Shown here piece after piece: positions 21,001 through 30,806 of a stretch of DNA of 64,000 nt. Positions within the stretch are counted from its first letter, which is position 1. Every line of letters begins with the position of its first letter. The DNA is taken from positions 192,030 to 256,029 of IMG/VR virus record IMGVR_UViG_3300027816_000052. One strand, written 5' to 3'. The position numbers were made by a program, and so were the translations under genes. The notes under the pieces are model-generated. The model worked only from the letters and a program-made list of their open reading frames with translations. It was not told where the DNA came from and did no database searches.

Positions 21001-22392
21001 ATGGAGAACGAAAAAAAATATATCACATCCTTAATAAATCAAGTTCTTGAAGAATCCATCCAAGAAAAAGCTGAATCAATTGTTAAAAAATTAAAAACAG
21101 ATATGGGTAAAGAGGTTGAAGAAGGTAATGCGTTTACTGGAGCACTAGCCACCGCAAGAAAAGAAAATAAAAAAGAATTTCAAGTTGACGGTAAAAAATT
21201 TAAAGTTGAAGAATATTCCGAATTAGATGAGAAGTGGAAAGGTGATGTTGATGTTGAACAGACGGGTGAATATGTCGATATGTCAATTTCTGAACTTGAT
21301 GCTGCAATTAAGAAGTTAAAAAATCAAAATGAAAAATATAAAGAAGAAGGTAAAAAAGTTCCTGATTCAAACAAAACTAAAATGAGTCAGCTTTATTTTG
21401 CTAAAAGAGCTAAACAAGGTTGGAAAGGTAAAGGAAAAGCTAAAGTTAGTGAATCCATTGAAATAATTAATGAAATTTCTAAAGAAAAGGAATATAATAA
21501 TTTAATCAAGTATTTTGAAAAAATTTTAAAGTTCGATATCAGCGAATTAAAAAGCGGTCATAGAATTTGCCCACCTAAAGAATCAAATGTTGATTGTATC
21601 ACAACACATAGAAGTGGTGGTGGTTTGAACGATATGTATCGTTTAGTTGGTAAAGTTTATGATGTTACTAGACTTGAGGCAGAAAAAGCTTTTAAAGATA
21701 ATAGAAAACCTAAAAAGAGTGATAAAGTTACAATGACAGAAGAAGAAATGGTCACATTTATCGAAAATATTGTAAACGAACAAAAATCTGCTAAGGGTTT
21801 AGATGTTTATAAAAAATCACATAAAGAGTCTGGTAAAGAAAATGATGACTACATTAAATCGGTCACAAAAAAGTTTAAAGAATATTTAAAAGACGGTTCA
21901 AAAGGTGATTTTGATATGAACCCTAAAACATTTCCAAAAGGAAACGGTCAATTGACTAAAATGACTAAAAAGGCATATACCCCCTCAAAAGCGGTTGATG
22001 AATATATTGAAAACTTTGCACAGACCGCAGGTATGGAGAATATAGACTATGATGAAATTAAACCTAATGAAGAGTGGGTTGAGATGAACATCAAAGGTTC
22101 GTCAAAAACAGGAAATTCGTCAGATTATGCAAATGCTGAAAAAACAGACTTAGGTGAAAAAATAAATGAAAAGAGAAAAAAGAATTATTTAGCAGCATTA
22201 AAGCGACAGTCATATAACAAAGCACCTCAACCGGTAACTGATTTTGCTGGTGAAACTGATGCAAAAAAAGGAATGGAAGTTAATAAAATCTTTAAAACAT
22301 TAGAATCAACTGAGGATTCTAAAAAAGATAAAATTAACGAAGAAATGAATAAAATCTTTAAAATGATTAATTATAATCAAAAAACACAATAA
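21001..22392 (+). CDS. large charged putative virion-internal protein
   Basis: LINQVLEES N-terminus; EGNAFTGALATAR module; GATATTTAT upstream. Confidence 0.5.
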   Translation: MENEKKYITSLINQVLEESIQEKAESIVKKLKTDMGKEVEEGNAFTGALATARKENKKEFQVDGKKFKVEEYSELDEKWKGDVDVEQTGEYVDMSISELDAAIKKLKNQNEKYKEEGKKVPDSNKTKMSQLYFAKRAKQGWKGKGKAKVSESIEIINEISKEKEYNNLIKYFEKILKFDISELKSGHRICPPKESNVDCITTHRSGGGLNDMYRLVGKVYDVTRLEAEKAFKDNRKPKKSDKVTMTEEEMVTFIENIVNEQKSAKGLDVYKKSHKESGKENDDYIKSVTKKFKEYLKDGSKGDFDMNPKTFPKGNGQLTKMTKKAYTPSKAVDEYIENFAQTAGMENIDYDEIKPNEEWVEMNIKGSSKTGNSSDYANAEKTDLGEKINEKRKKNYLAALKRQSYNKAPQPVTDFAGETDAKKGMEVNKIFKTLESTEDSKKDKINEEMNKIFKMINYNQKTQ

Positions 22393-22445
22393 AGACTTTA
22401 AAACTTTATTAAATTAACTATAAATTCTCCATATGATAAAAACAT

Positions 22446-22922
22446 ATGGAGAATTTTATTAACTGGATATCTAAACCATTAAATCCTGAGGATATTACTC
22501 TTTGGTTTAATATGAATAATATTATTATTGAAAAACTTGATTTGTTTTTCGATTTTACAATTAGTTTAACCTCTTTAATACAGGAAACGTATTTGGGTAG
22601 TTTTGATGAAAAAACCGAAACAACAATTATCTTAAATGATGATGAGAAAATTAAACATTTCGAATGGTGTTGGAATAAAACTGTTCAAAATTTTAAAAAA
22701 GAAAAAATAATCTTTAATTTAACCGGTGAACATAAAGAATATTTTTATAGTTTTTTTATTGACGCATTTTATACCCAAAAAAATGAAATAGTTAGAGATT
22801 CAATAGATAAATTTTATCATAATATTTTTGATATTAATGCACAATATACAAAATCTGATTTGGATATGTTAACCGAATTATATAAAAAATTGGATAAAAA
22901 CTTAAATATTGTTTACCTTTAA
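22446..22922 (+). CDS. hypothetical protein
   Basis: ORF track. Confidence 0.55.
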   Translation: MENFINWISKPLNPEDITLWFNMNNIIIEKLDLFFDFTISLTSLIQETYLGSFDEKTETTIILNDDEKIKHFEWCWNKTVQNFKKEKIIFNLTGEHKEYFYSFFIDAFYTQKNEIVRDSIDKFYHNIFDINAQYTKSDLDMLTELYKKLDKNLNIVYL

Positions 22923-22971
22923 CCTAAAAATCTTATTTTTATATAAATAAACTAAAAAAAGATTAAAAAAA

Positions 22972-23151
22972 ATGGATACTATTGAAATAATTAAGCAATT
23001 AGTTGCTGAACTTGAATTGGATACCAATAAATTTTTCCAAAAAGGAAATAACTCTGCGGGTACAAGAGCAAGAAAAACAGCACAATCAATTAAAGCGACC
23101 CTCCAACAACTAAGAGAGGAAATTATTAATCATCGTAAAGCCGAAGCTTGA
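22972..23151 (+). CDS. Hc1-like (histone H1-like) small DNA-binding protein, 59 aa, absent from the ORF track
   Basis: Manual translation MDTIEIIKQLVAELELDTNKFFQKGNNSAGTRARKTAQSIKATLQQLREEIINHRKAEA; KGNxxAGTRARK is the Bacteroidota Hc1-family signature. Confidence 0.75.
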   Translation: MDTIEIIKQLVAELELDTNKFFQKGNNSAGTRARKTAQSIKATLQQLREEIINHRKAEA

Positions 23152-23330
23152 TGATATTTGATGTTGAAAAATTCTTATTTGTATTTTCAACATTAGTCCT
23201 CATAAGGACAATATTAAACTTTGTGAGTTCCCTACTACAAACTCCACCTAAGAAAATGGATTTTCGTAGTAGGGAACTTATCTTCATCGGGACTTGCATT
23301 AGTTATTTCATAACCTATATAACATCATAA
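23151..23330 (+). CDS. small membrane protein
   Basis: Two hydrophobic segments; coupled to the previous stop. Confidence 0.45.
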   Translation: MIFDVEKFLFVFSTLVLIRTILNFVSSLLQTPPKKMDFRSRELIFIGTCISYFITYITS

Positions 23331-23333
23331 AAT

Positions 23334-23750
23334 ATGGATTTCTTTAAAGAATTAAATAATATATTTGAATTTCTATTTTCAATAAGAAAATTAGAGAAAT
23401 ATCTAGCAATAGATGTAAAATTTCCATCTAAATGGGTTATACCAAAATCAGTCATTGAGGATTCTAAAGTTGTTGAAAATGAGAATCAAGATAGTGAGTT
23501 TAGATTTTTTTCATTTGTTTCAGAATTTAAGGAAGAGTCTTTAAGTAATACGCTTAAGAATATAAAAACAATAATTAGGATAAATAGGGAACGTGAAGAT
23601 AAAGAAAAATTATTTAAAAATAAAGTTAATGAATTGAAAGCTTTGTTTGATCAAAATAATTTAGATTCTTTAAAATTATTGAAAATTGAAGTTATAAAAG
23701 AAATATCCGAAGACGATGGAGAACTCAAAATTGATGACGTGGTACAATAA
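23334..23750 (+). CDS. hypothetical protein
   Basis: ORF track. Confidence 0.5.
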   Translation: MDFFKELNNIFEFLFSIRKLEKYLAIDVKFPSKWVIPKSVIEDSKVVENENQDSEFRFFSFVSEFKEESLSNTLKNIKTIIRINREREDKEKLFKNKVNELKALFDQNNLDSLKLLKIEVIKEISEDDGELKIDDVVQ

Positions 23751-23895
23751 CCAGATTGAGAAAGATAAAATTGAGCTTGAATTTGAAAAGCAAAAAATTA
23801 TCCAACAACTAAAATTAGTGAAAAAAGAAGAATTAATTCATAAACAAAAACCAATCTCAATATGGAATCGAATAATAAAAGTACTAGGATTTTAA
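23734..23895 (+). CDS. small hypothetical protein (53 aa, not in track)
   Basis: Manual translation MTWYNNQIEKDKIELEFEKQ...IWNRIIKVLGF fills the gap between annotated ORFs. Confidence 0.4.
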   Translation: MTWYNNQIEKDKIELEFEKQKIIQQLKLVKKEELIHKQKPISIWNRIIKVLGF

Positions 23896-24083
23896 ATGAT
23901 TTAGCAGAAATAACAGATAAACTTCAGAACTTACTGGAGGGTAAAACAACCGTTGTTTTTGAACTAAAAGAAGGTGTTTACAATAGTGTCTTAACTGAAT
24001 TAAATGGAATGGTAATAACAAATAATCAATTTAAAATCGATATTTCAGGTACTGATTTCATTTTTTTGAAGGATGAGTTGTAA
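23862..24083 (+). CDS. hypothetical protein
   Basis: ORF track. Confidence 0.4.
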   Translation: MESNNKSTRILNDLAEITDKLQNLLEGKTTVVFELKEGVYNSVLTELNGMVITNNQFKIDISGTDFIFLKDEL

Positions 24084-24699
24084 ATTTTCTATATAATGCT
24101 TGTTTATCATAACCAGCATCAATTAATAGGTTATATAAATACTTTCTTTGTAGTGTATCTATATCTCTAACAAAAAGAGTATCAACTCTTCGATTCTCCA
24201 AAAAAATAGAGCTTAATATTAATATAAATCTATTAGCATCATCTTCACTTTTTAATGAAAAAAGATTAATTTTTTCTTCATTTTGAACAATAATTTTATG
24301 GTTTAGTTTGGAAACCATTTTTATATTTTTTTTAGGTAAATACCGGCCTATAAACTCAGTTAAAAATATTCTTTTTTGATTTTTAATATCAAAAATTTGT
24401 TCTTCTAAGTTATACGGACTTAACTCTATAATTTCTCTTGTATTATCCTCCAACTCAATTTTAATTGACCTACCCACAGAATCTCTTTTATATAATATAT
24501 TATGTTTTGTGTTTTTAATTCCAACAATAGCTAATTCGTGCTCTATTGGTCGTCCAGTTTCAATTAATTTCGGAAATTTAATTAATTCACTTTCTTTTAT
24601 TTTTTTCTTAAAAAAATCTTTTGCGCGATTGAAAGTGTTAAATTTCTTTATTATTTTTCTTTGTTTTTTATTTTTAAATAAAACTATTAAGTAATTCAT
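24058..24699 (-). CDS. hypothetical protein
   Basis: ORF track 24058..24720; ATG at 24699 (MNYLIVLF) preferred. Confidence 0.55.
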   Translation of the reverse strand: MNYLIVLFKNKKQRKIIKKFNTFNRAKDFFKKKIKESELIKFPKLIETGRPIEHELAIVGIKNTKHNILYKRDSVGRSIKIELEDNTREIIELSPYNLEEQIFDIKNQKRIFLTEFIGRYLPKKNIKMVSKLNHKIIVQNEEKINLFSLKSEDDANRFILILSSIFLENRRVDTLFVRDIDTLQRKYLYNLLIDAGYDKQALYRKFTTHPSKK

Positions 24700-24702
24700 A
24701 TC

Positions 24703-25629
24703 ATGAAAGATTATTATCAAATTTTAGGAGTACCAGAAACAGCATCAGTTGACGAGATAAAAAAATCTTATCGTAAAATGAGTAAACAATATCATCCAGA
24801 TGTAAATCCAAATGGTGCTGATAAATTTAAAGAAATTAGTGAGGCGTATGAGAATTTATCCGATTCAGAAAAAAGAAACGTGTATGATAATCAAAGGAAA
24901 AATCCATTTGGTTTTTCTAGTGGTGCTGGAGATATTAACGATTTATTAAATCATCTATTTAATCAAAATAGAACCAGAAGACCTTCTGCACCTGAGAAAA
25001 TTATTACTGTTTCTATCGGTGTTGTTGATTCTTTTTTGGGGATAAATAAACCAATTACATATTTAAGAAATATTGCATGTAATTCTTGTAATGGAAATGG
25101 TGGAGAACGAAAAAAATGTTCAGATTGTTCCGGTTCCGGTACCAAACTAAAAAGAACTGGAAACGGATTTTTTTCACAAACAATCCAAACAATATGTGAT
25201 ACTTGCTCCGGTAATGGATCTACCATTGTTAATCCCTGCTTTAGTTGTTCAGGTAATGGATTTAAAACACAGACAGATAATCTTAATATGAATTTACCAA
25301 TTGGTGTTCAAAACGGGTCACTATACAGAGTTCAAGGTAAAGGAGATTTTAAAAATAGTATGTATGGAGATTTAATAATTAAAGTTAATATTGAACCTCA
25401 AAATAATTTTGAACGTATAGATAATGATCTTGTTTATACTAAAATCTTTACATTAGACGAGTTAAATCTGGATAAGATAGAAATACCTCACCCAAGCGGT
25501 AATCTAACGATTACGCTACCGGAAACATTCGACACGTCAATTCCTCTAAGAGTTAAGGGTAAGGGTTTTAGAGGAAGTGGACATCTAGGTGACTTATTGA
25601 TAAAGAAAGTCGTTAGATTTAAAAAGTAA
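24703..25629 (+). CDS. dnaJ: DnaJ co-chaperone
   Basis: J-domain with HPD; four CxxCxGxG zinc-finger repeats; DnaJ C-terminal domain. Confidence 0.92.
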   Translation: MKDYYQILGVPETASVDEIKKSYRKMSKQYHPDVNPNGADKFKEISEAYENLSDSEKRNVYDNQRKNPFGFSSGAGDINDLLNHLFNQNRTRRPSAPEKIITVSIGVVDSFLGINKPITYLRNIACNSCNGNGGERKKCSDCSGSGTKLKRTGNGFFSQTIQTICDTCSGNGSTIVNPCFSCSGNGFKTQTDNLNMNLPIGVQNGSLYRVQGKGDFKNSMYGDLIIKVNIEPQNNFERIDNDLVYTKIFTLDELNLDKIEIPHPSGNLTITLPETFDTSIPLRVKGKGFRGSGHLGDLLIKKVVRFKK

Positions 25630-25865
25630 TACTAAGATAATTAATTAATTTTTTAAAAAATAAATAATTACCATAAATCGATGTTAGTGATATGTAAATG
25701 GCAAGTAAAACCAACGGGTTTTGGAACTTCACCGGCGATTTCTTACATTTGCTACAAGTTTTTTTATTTGTTTCCATTTTTTTATAAAAAAATATTTATT
25801 TATATAAAAATTTAAAGGGAAATGCTAATATTTATTAATAAATTAATTTAAAATTATAAAATCTA

Positions 25866-27854
25866 ATGAAAACATTAGAAGTTCTTAAAAAAATTCTAGT
25901 ACAAGAATCCACCATTTTGTTAAATGAATTGTCTAGTGGAATTAAAAAAACGATGTTAGACAAATTTAAACAAGAAACTGATGATTCCGATGAAAATATC
26001 GTTAATATTATTAATTCATTTGAGAATTACCAACAATCACTAGAACCATCACAGAGAGATATTACTAAATATAACTATGAGGATTTAAAATCATTAGTTA
26101 AAGAAAAAGAAAGTGAAAAAGAATCAAAAAAACAAAAAGAAAATATTATTTCTTACTTTAAGAAAGTAATGGGCGGAACGGTTGACCCAATGCTAAAGAA
26201 AACTGTAAAATATTTTAATGAAATTAAAGACGAATTATCTGAAAAAGATTCGAACTTTAAAAATTTTAAAGATTTTGAATCTTTTAAAGAAATGGTTCAA
26301 AGTAACTATTCAAAAATAATCTATGATAAGATTTCAAAAAAAATAAAAAATATAGACGAAAACATATTACTTGCAAGTATAAGTTTTTTTACTGAAAATA
26401 TGTTTAGTATACCTCTTGAAGCAAAAAGTTTATTAGACTTTAAAAACGAGCAAGAGTTTGAATATTTTTTTGATGATTTATATCGAACTTTTGGGCAAAC
26501 TAAAAAAAGTGATTTTTCAGGTGAAGAAAAATATAGTAGTATAAAAAAAATATATAATAAAGATAATTTACTTATCTTTGAACCAGAAAGCAAAGAGCAG
26601 TGTGTTAGATTAGGTTCCGATAAAGCATCTTGGTGTATATCTAGACCACCTCAAGACTCAAATTATTATTATTCATACAGATTTGGTTCGATGGGTAAAG
26701 AAAGAACAATGTACTTTGTTTTTGATTTAAATGAGGAAGAGCCAATAAATAAATATTTTGTTATTTTAGTTGACGATGATACTAATTATTATCTTGCTGA
26801 CATAACAAATAGTGGTAATTTCTCAGGAAGTCGCATTACCAGTTGGGATACGATTGTAGAAAAAATACCAAGAATTAAAAATTTAAGAAATTTATTTATT
26901 TGGAGACCATTTAGTGAAGAGGAATTAATTATGGTTAATAGACTTCAAAATATATCTAGTTCAGCGGTTGGAGAAAATCCTATCGAATATTTTAATAGAA
27001 TAGCGGCGGAAGTTAATAAAAAACCGGAGGAAGTAACGGGAATGTGGCTTGAAATAGGTTCACCAACTTTAACTACGGAACAATATTTAAATTTAACATC
27101 GGATTTAATGAAAAAATATTTATCCTATGCTAATGATAGAAATATTACTAAAGAAATGATTTCTGGAAGTCCATCTACTGTTAGAAGTTATTATATCAAT
27201 AGACGATTTGAGCATATTAAACATGCATCAATAAAAGATTTAACACCTAGCGATTTTGTTCTACTTAAACTGAACCTTCCAAAAATGAAAGAACTTAGAC
27301 TTCAGAAAATAAAAGAACTAGCCAACTCGATTAAAACCTCATCAAATAAATTAAGTTCAAATGAAATTGAATTCTTATTATTACCAGAAATGGCAACAAT
27401 AAAAAACTCAATGAGGAAGGAAATAATATCAAGTATTTCAGAATTTAATACTAATAGTGTTGATATAAAATTACCGGACGCTGAAATTACAAAAGTAATT
27501 AGATTATACCCTGATTACAATATATTTGAAACAATCCCAGAAAGTGTTGAAATTATTAATATTGAAAACAATGATAAAAATATAAATATAGCTATAGATA
27601 TTCCAGATAATATTGGTAACTTTACTAACTTAAGAATTTTAACTCTAAGGAGAGTTTTGAAAACTTTACCAGAAACAATTGTAAATTGTGAAAATTTAGA
27701 ATTTTTTAGCATATCAGATAATCCAAACCTAGTAAAATTACCCGAATCGCTATTAGAAATGAAATCTGTTCAATGGGTGGATTTAGCGGATTTACCTAAT
27801 TTGGATAAAAGAAGTGAGGAAATTAAAAACATATTAGTTATTAAATATGCATAA
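25866..27854 (+). CDS. GxxxWC-motif family copy 3 with C-terminal leucine-rich repeats
   Basis: EQCVRLGSDKASWCIS motif; C-terminal IPDNIGNFTNLRILTL...LPETIVNCENLEFFSISDNPNLVKLPESL LRRs. Confidence 0.6.
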   Translation: MKTLEVLKKILVQESTILLNELSSGIKKTMLDKFKQETDDSDENIVNIINSFENYQQSLEPSQRDITKYNYEDLKSLVKEKESEKESKKQKENIISYFKKVMGGTVDPMLKKTVKYFNEIKDELSEKDSNFKNFKDFESFKEMVQSNYSKIIYDKISKKIKNIDENILLASISFFTENMFSIPLEAKSLLDFKNEQEFEYFFDDLYRTFGQTKKSDFSGEEKYSSIKKIYNKDNLLIFEPESKEQCVRLGSDKASWCISRPPQDSNYYYSYRFGSMGKERTMYFVFDLNEEEPINKYFVILVDDDTNYYLADITNSGNFSGSRITSWDTIVEKIPRIKNLRNLFIWRPFSEEELIMVNRLQNISSSAVGENPIEYFNRIAAEVNKKPEEVTGMWLEIGSPTLTTEQYLNLTSDLMKKYLSYANDRNITKEMISGSPSTVRSYYINRRFEHIKHASIKDLTPSDFVLLKLNLPKMKELRLQKIKELANSIKTSSNKLSSNEIEFLLLPEMATIKNSMRKEIISSISEFNTNSVDIKLPDAEITKVIRLYPDYNIFETIPESVEIINIENNDKNINIAIDIPDNIGNFTNLRILTLRRVLKTLPETIVNCENLEFFSISDNPNLVKLPESLLEMKSVQWVDLADLPNLDKRSEEIKNILVIKYA

Positions 27855-28119
27855 AAATATTGAGGTTGAAATTTATTTAAATAATATAATTAATTTTTTT
27901 GAAAAAAATCCTAATGATTTATTGGCTTTAATTGGTGAGTCCGATAGAGAAAAATTTTATGAAGAAATCAAGAATAAATCCTATGAAAATTATGCAGAAA
28001 CCAAAGAAGCCGAATTAACCAAAAAACAATTAATTGAAATTGTGGTCGCATTAACCACAAACAAAAAAATAGACAAGACATTCATTTCAACTAAGATTGG
28101 TCAAATTTGTTTAAATTAA
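27847..28119 (+). CDS. hypothetical protein
   Basis: ORF track. Confidence 0.45.
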   Translation: MHKNIEVEIYLNNIINFFEKNPNDLLALIGESDREKFYEEIKNKSYENYAETKEAELTKKQLIEIVVALTTNKKIDKTFISTKIGQICLN

Positions 28120-28490
28120 TTAAAATGTATAACGAAACTACCACTTTATTTTTTAAAAATGATTATGAAATATTGAATCTATTAAAGGGAAATGATAAAT
28201 TTTTTCATTCCGTCATTAGTTTTGGTGAAAGTTTTAAAATCAAATATCAAGATTTATTAAAGAACGATAATAAGTTATATTTTGAATATAAAAATGTTAA
28301 TAGTATTAATGAATTTAAAATTGATAGTGAGGAGATAATCATAAAAACAACTCAAAATCTGTTTATATACTTTAAGTCAATTAATGGTGAAACGAAAATT
28401 AAAATTTTTTATAAACCAGAAAATATTAATGATTTAAATCTATTCATAATGGGTTTAAAAAAAATTGCAAAAAATAATGAAAACAAATAA
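28107..28490 (+). CDS. hypothetical protein
   Basis: ORF track. Confidence 0.4.
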   Translation: MFKLIKMYNETTTLFFKNDYEILNLLKGNDKFFHSVISFGESFKIKYQDLLKNDNKLYFEYKNVNSINEFKIDSEEIIIKTTQNLFIYFKSINGETKIKIFYKPENINDLNLFIMGLKKIAKNNENK

Positions 28491-28755
28491 AATATTGGTT
28501 GTTTATACAATGAAAGGTTGTCCTTTTTGCGACATAATGAAAAATATGTTATCTGAGAATAATATTACATATCATGATTTGGATATTGATGAAAATGAGT
28601 TGGAATATGATTTGTTTAAGGAGGTAACACAAAACGAGTTTGTTCCCGCGTTTATGATAATTGAAGAAGGTACAACAAAAGCAGAACTTTTTGCTCCAAG
28701 TAGAGATTATAATGAAATAAGTGAGGCTATTGAAATTATTAAAAAAAGAATTTAA
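28477..28755 (+). CDS. glutaredoxin/thioredoxin-like protein
   Basis: VYTMKGCPFC active site; FVPAF cis-Pro loop. Confidence 0.8.
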   Translation: MKTNKILVVYTMKGCPFCDIMKNMLSENNITYHDLDIDENELEYDLFKEVTQNEFVPAFMIIEEGTTKAELFAPSRDYNEISEAIEIIKKRI

Positions 28756-28758
28756 TTT

Positions 28759-29517
28759 TTAGTCTTCTTTTCTCTTGTTCTGATATATATAACTCATAAG
28801 TTTTCTTTTAAAAATGGGGGCCAGCGTACCAGAAACAGGGAAGTTCTGTGTTGAAAACATTTCAATAACTGGTAGTGAGTTAACAACTTCTTGATTAAAT
28901 GTTGTGTATTTTTTTATAGTTCTTAGTGGACTCTTAATTTCAGTTTCAATCTCAAGAATTAAATTAAATATACATTTGTTATCTATACTTTTTATTTCGT
29001 TTTCAATTGAGTATTCCCAAATATAATTTTTCTTATTAAATAAATTCTTATAAATAACAAAACCTTTATTCAAATCACAATTTGATTTATTTCTTTTAAA
29101 TCTTAAGTTTGTGGATTCAAACGCTAATGTCCACATTGATTTTGCAACAGAAAAATATTCATAAATTCTGAGTCCAAAAAATTTATTTATTTTTATTAAT
29201 TCTAAATTCTCATTTGGTGAAAAATCTGGAATTTTAATACTCTTTAATTCATTTATCAAAAGTTCATCATCCGCAGATTTGAATACTTTATCTGTATAAA
29301 ATATTTTGTGTTCTTTTTCAAGAACATGAGCATTTGCAAAATGTAATGACAATTCTATAAAATATGGATAAATTTCACCTTGACTGAATTTTTCCTCACA
29401 TTTCTTTAAAAATGATAAAAGGACATATTTTTTATGTTCAAAATCGATTGGTTGTTGAATAATCCAATCAGGACTCAACATGAAATTTACTTTAGATTCT
29501 TCTTTTTTTGTTTCCAT
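28759..29517 (-). CDS. hypothetical protein
   Basis: ORF track; long ORF. Confidence 0.6.
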   Translation of the reverse strand: METKKEESKVNFMLSPDWIIQQPIDFEHKKYVLLSFLKKCEEKFSQGEIYPYFIELSLHFANAHVLEKEHKIFYTDKVFKSADDELLINELKSIKIPDFSPNENLELIKINKFFGLRIYEYFSVAKSMWTLAFESTNLRFKRNKSNCDLNKGFVIYKNLFNKKNYIWEYSIENEIKSIDNKCIFNLILEIETEIKSPLRTIKKYTTFNQEVVNSLPVIEMFSTQNFPVSGTLAPIFKRKLMSYIYQNKRKED

Positions 29518-29547
29518 AAAAACAAAATAATTTTTTTGTTAAAAAAA

Positions 29548-30597
29548 TCAATCTATTCTCGCAATATAATAGTCGTTTAAATTAATTCTTTGTTCACCAA
29601 TATTATTGTAATATTGATCTAAGAAATCAAAACCATCACTTTCTATAATATCAGCAACAAAATCCTTAAGTATTAAGTAATCATTTATCTTATTTTCCAT
29701 ACCATTATCCTTATAAAATTGAATAATATCTTCTCTAGCCAATTCAGAATAAAAATCAATTCTTTCTGAAATTACATCTTCATTATATCCACCATCTTCA
29801 TCAATATCATCAGGATCAATTCCCCATCCTTCTGGGTCATCATATATTGCATCTGAAATATATTCTAATGCGTCTTTTAACATTTGTTTTTTATTTAAAT
29901 ACGGTTCAATCACATCAATATCAAGACTATCAACAATGGTTTCAATTTCATCTTTTTTAAATTCTATTGCTGTACCTTCTGTTTCATAATATGTTCCAAC
30001 CGCCCACTCACTATTATCTAATTTTGGTATTTCAAATCGAAACATTTTTTCGTATTTAGTTGGTTCTGGAATGATATCATAAACATCAAAATTATTGATA
30101 TTATCAAATTCTGAGTCATCAAAGGTTTTGGTTATATATTTGTATAAAGCATTTGCTCTTTCTCCAACACTATCTTTAGCTACTAAATCAAGATTCCATT
30201 CATTATTGTCTCTTCTTTTTTTACTTCCCAACTCTATACTAGGATAAAAATTACCTCTTATTAATGTTACATCTTCAGGTAAATTGACAATACTTGTGTC
30301 TCTAGCGTCTATATTTCCACGAACCGTTAAATTTTTTGGTAACTCTATTAAATTTTTTGCCATTAGTATCAAACTACCATTTATATTTAAGTTATCCGGT
30401 AATTTTGTTAGTTCATTGTTATAAATTGATAAAGACATCGGAATATCAATTCTATCATAATTTTTTTTGTTTAAAAAGTTAATTATTTTATTAATATCAT
30501 TGTTAAACACCGTCCACATAGGCTGGTTTAGTACAAAAACATTTTTATTGAATTCCTCTTTAATCGCTTCTTTAATTAATTTTAATCTCTCTTTCAT
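29548..30597 (-). CDS. putative virion-internal protein with short LPxNL repeats
   Basis: LIKEAIKEE N-terminus; LPDNLNINGSL / LPKNLTVRGNI repeats; GATATTTAT upstream on the minus strand. Confidence 0.55.
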   Translation of the reverse strand: MKERLKLIKEAIKEEFNKNVFVLNQPMWTVFNNDINKIINFLNKKNYDRIDIPMSLSIYNNELTKLPDNLNINGSLILMAKNLIELPKNLTVRGNIDARDTSIVNLPEDVTLIRGNFYPSIELGSKKRRDNNEWNLDLVAKDSVGERANALYKYITKTFDDSEFDNINNFDVYDIIPEPTKYEKMFRFEIPKLDNSEWAVGTYYETEGTAIEFKKDEIETIVDSLDIDVIEPYLNKKQMLKDALEYISDAIYDDPEGWGIDPDDIDEDGGYNEDVISERIDFYSELAREDIIQFYKDNGMENKINDYLILKDFVADIIESDGFDFLDQYYNNIGEQRINLNDYYIARID

Positions 30598-30668
30598 CGT
30601 TTAATCTTTATTTATTCCAAATCCTAGAATATTTATTATATAAATAAATATCTTAAAAATAATTAAAC

Positions 30669-30806
30669 ATGGGCTGCGGATGCAAAAATAAGACAACAAC
30701 TCAACAACAACAGACACAACAGCAAGTTCAACAAGCTGTTCAATCAAATTCTAAAGTTGTAAGTGAATCAATTAAGAACACAATTCAAAAGTACTATAAG
30801 CGTTAA
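30669..30806 (+). CDS. 45-aa MGCGC peptide (not in track)
   Basis: Manual translation MGCGCKNKTTTQQQQTQQQVQQAVQSNSKVVSESIKNTIQKYYKR; stop overlaps the next ATG; AATATTTAT upstream. Confidence 0.6.
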   Translation: MGCGCKNKTTTQQQQTQQQVQQAVQSNSKVVSESIKNTIQKYYKR

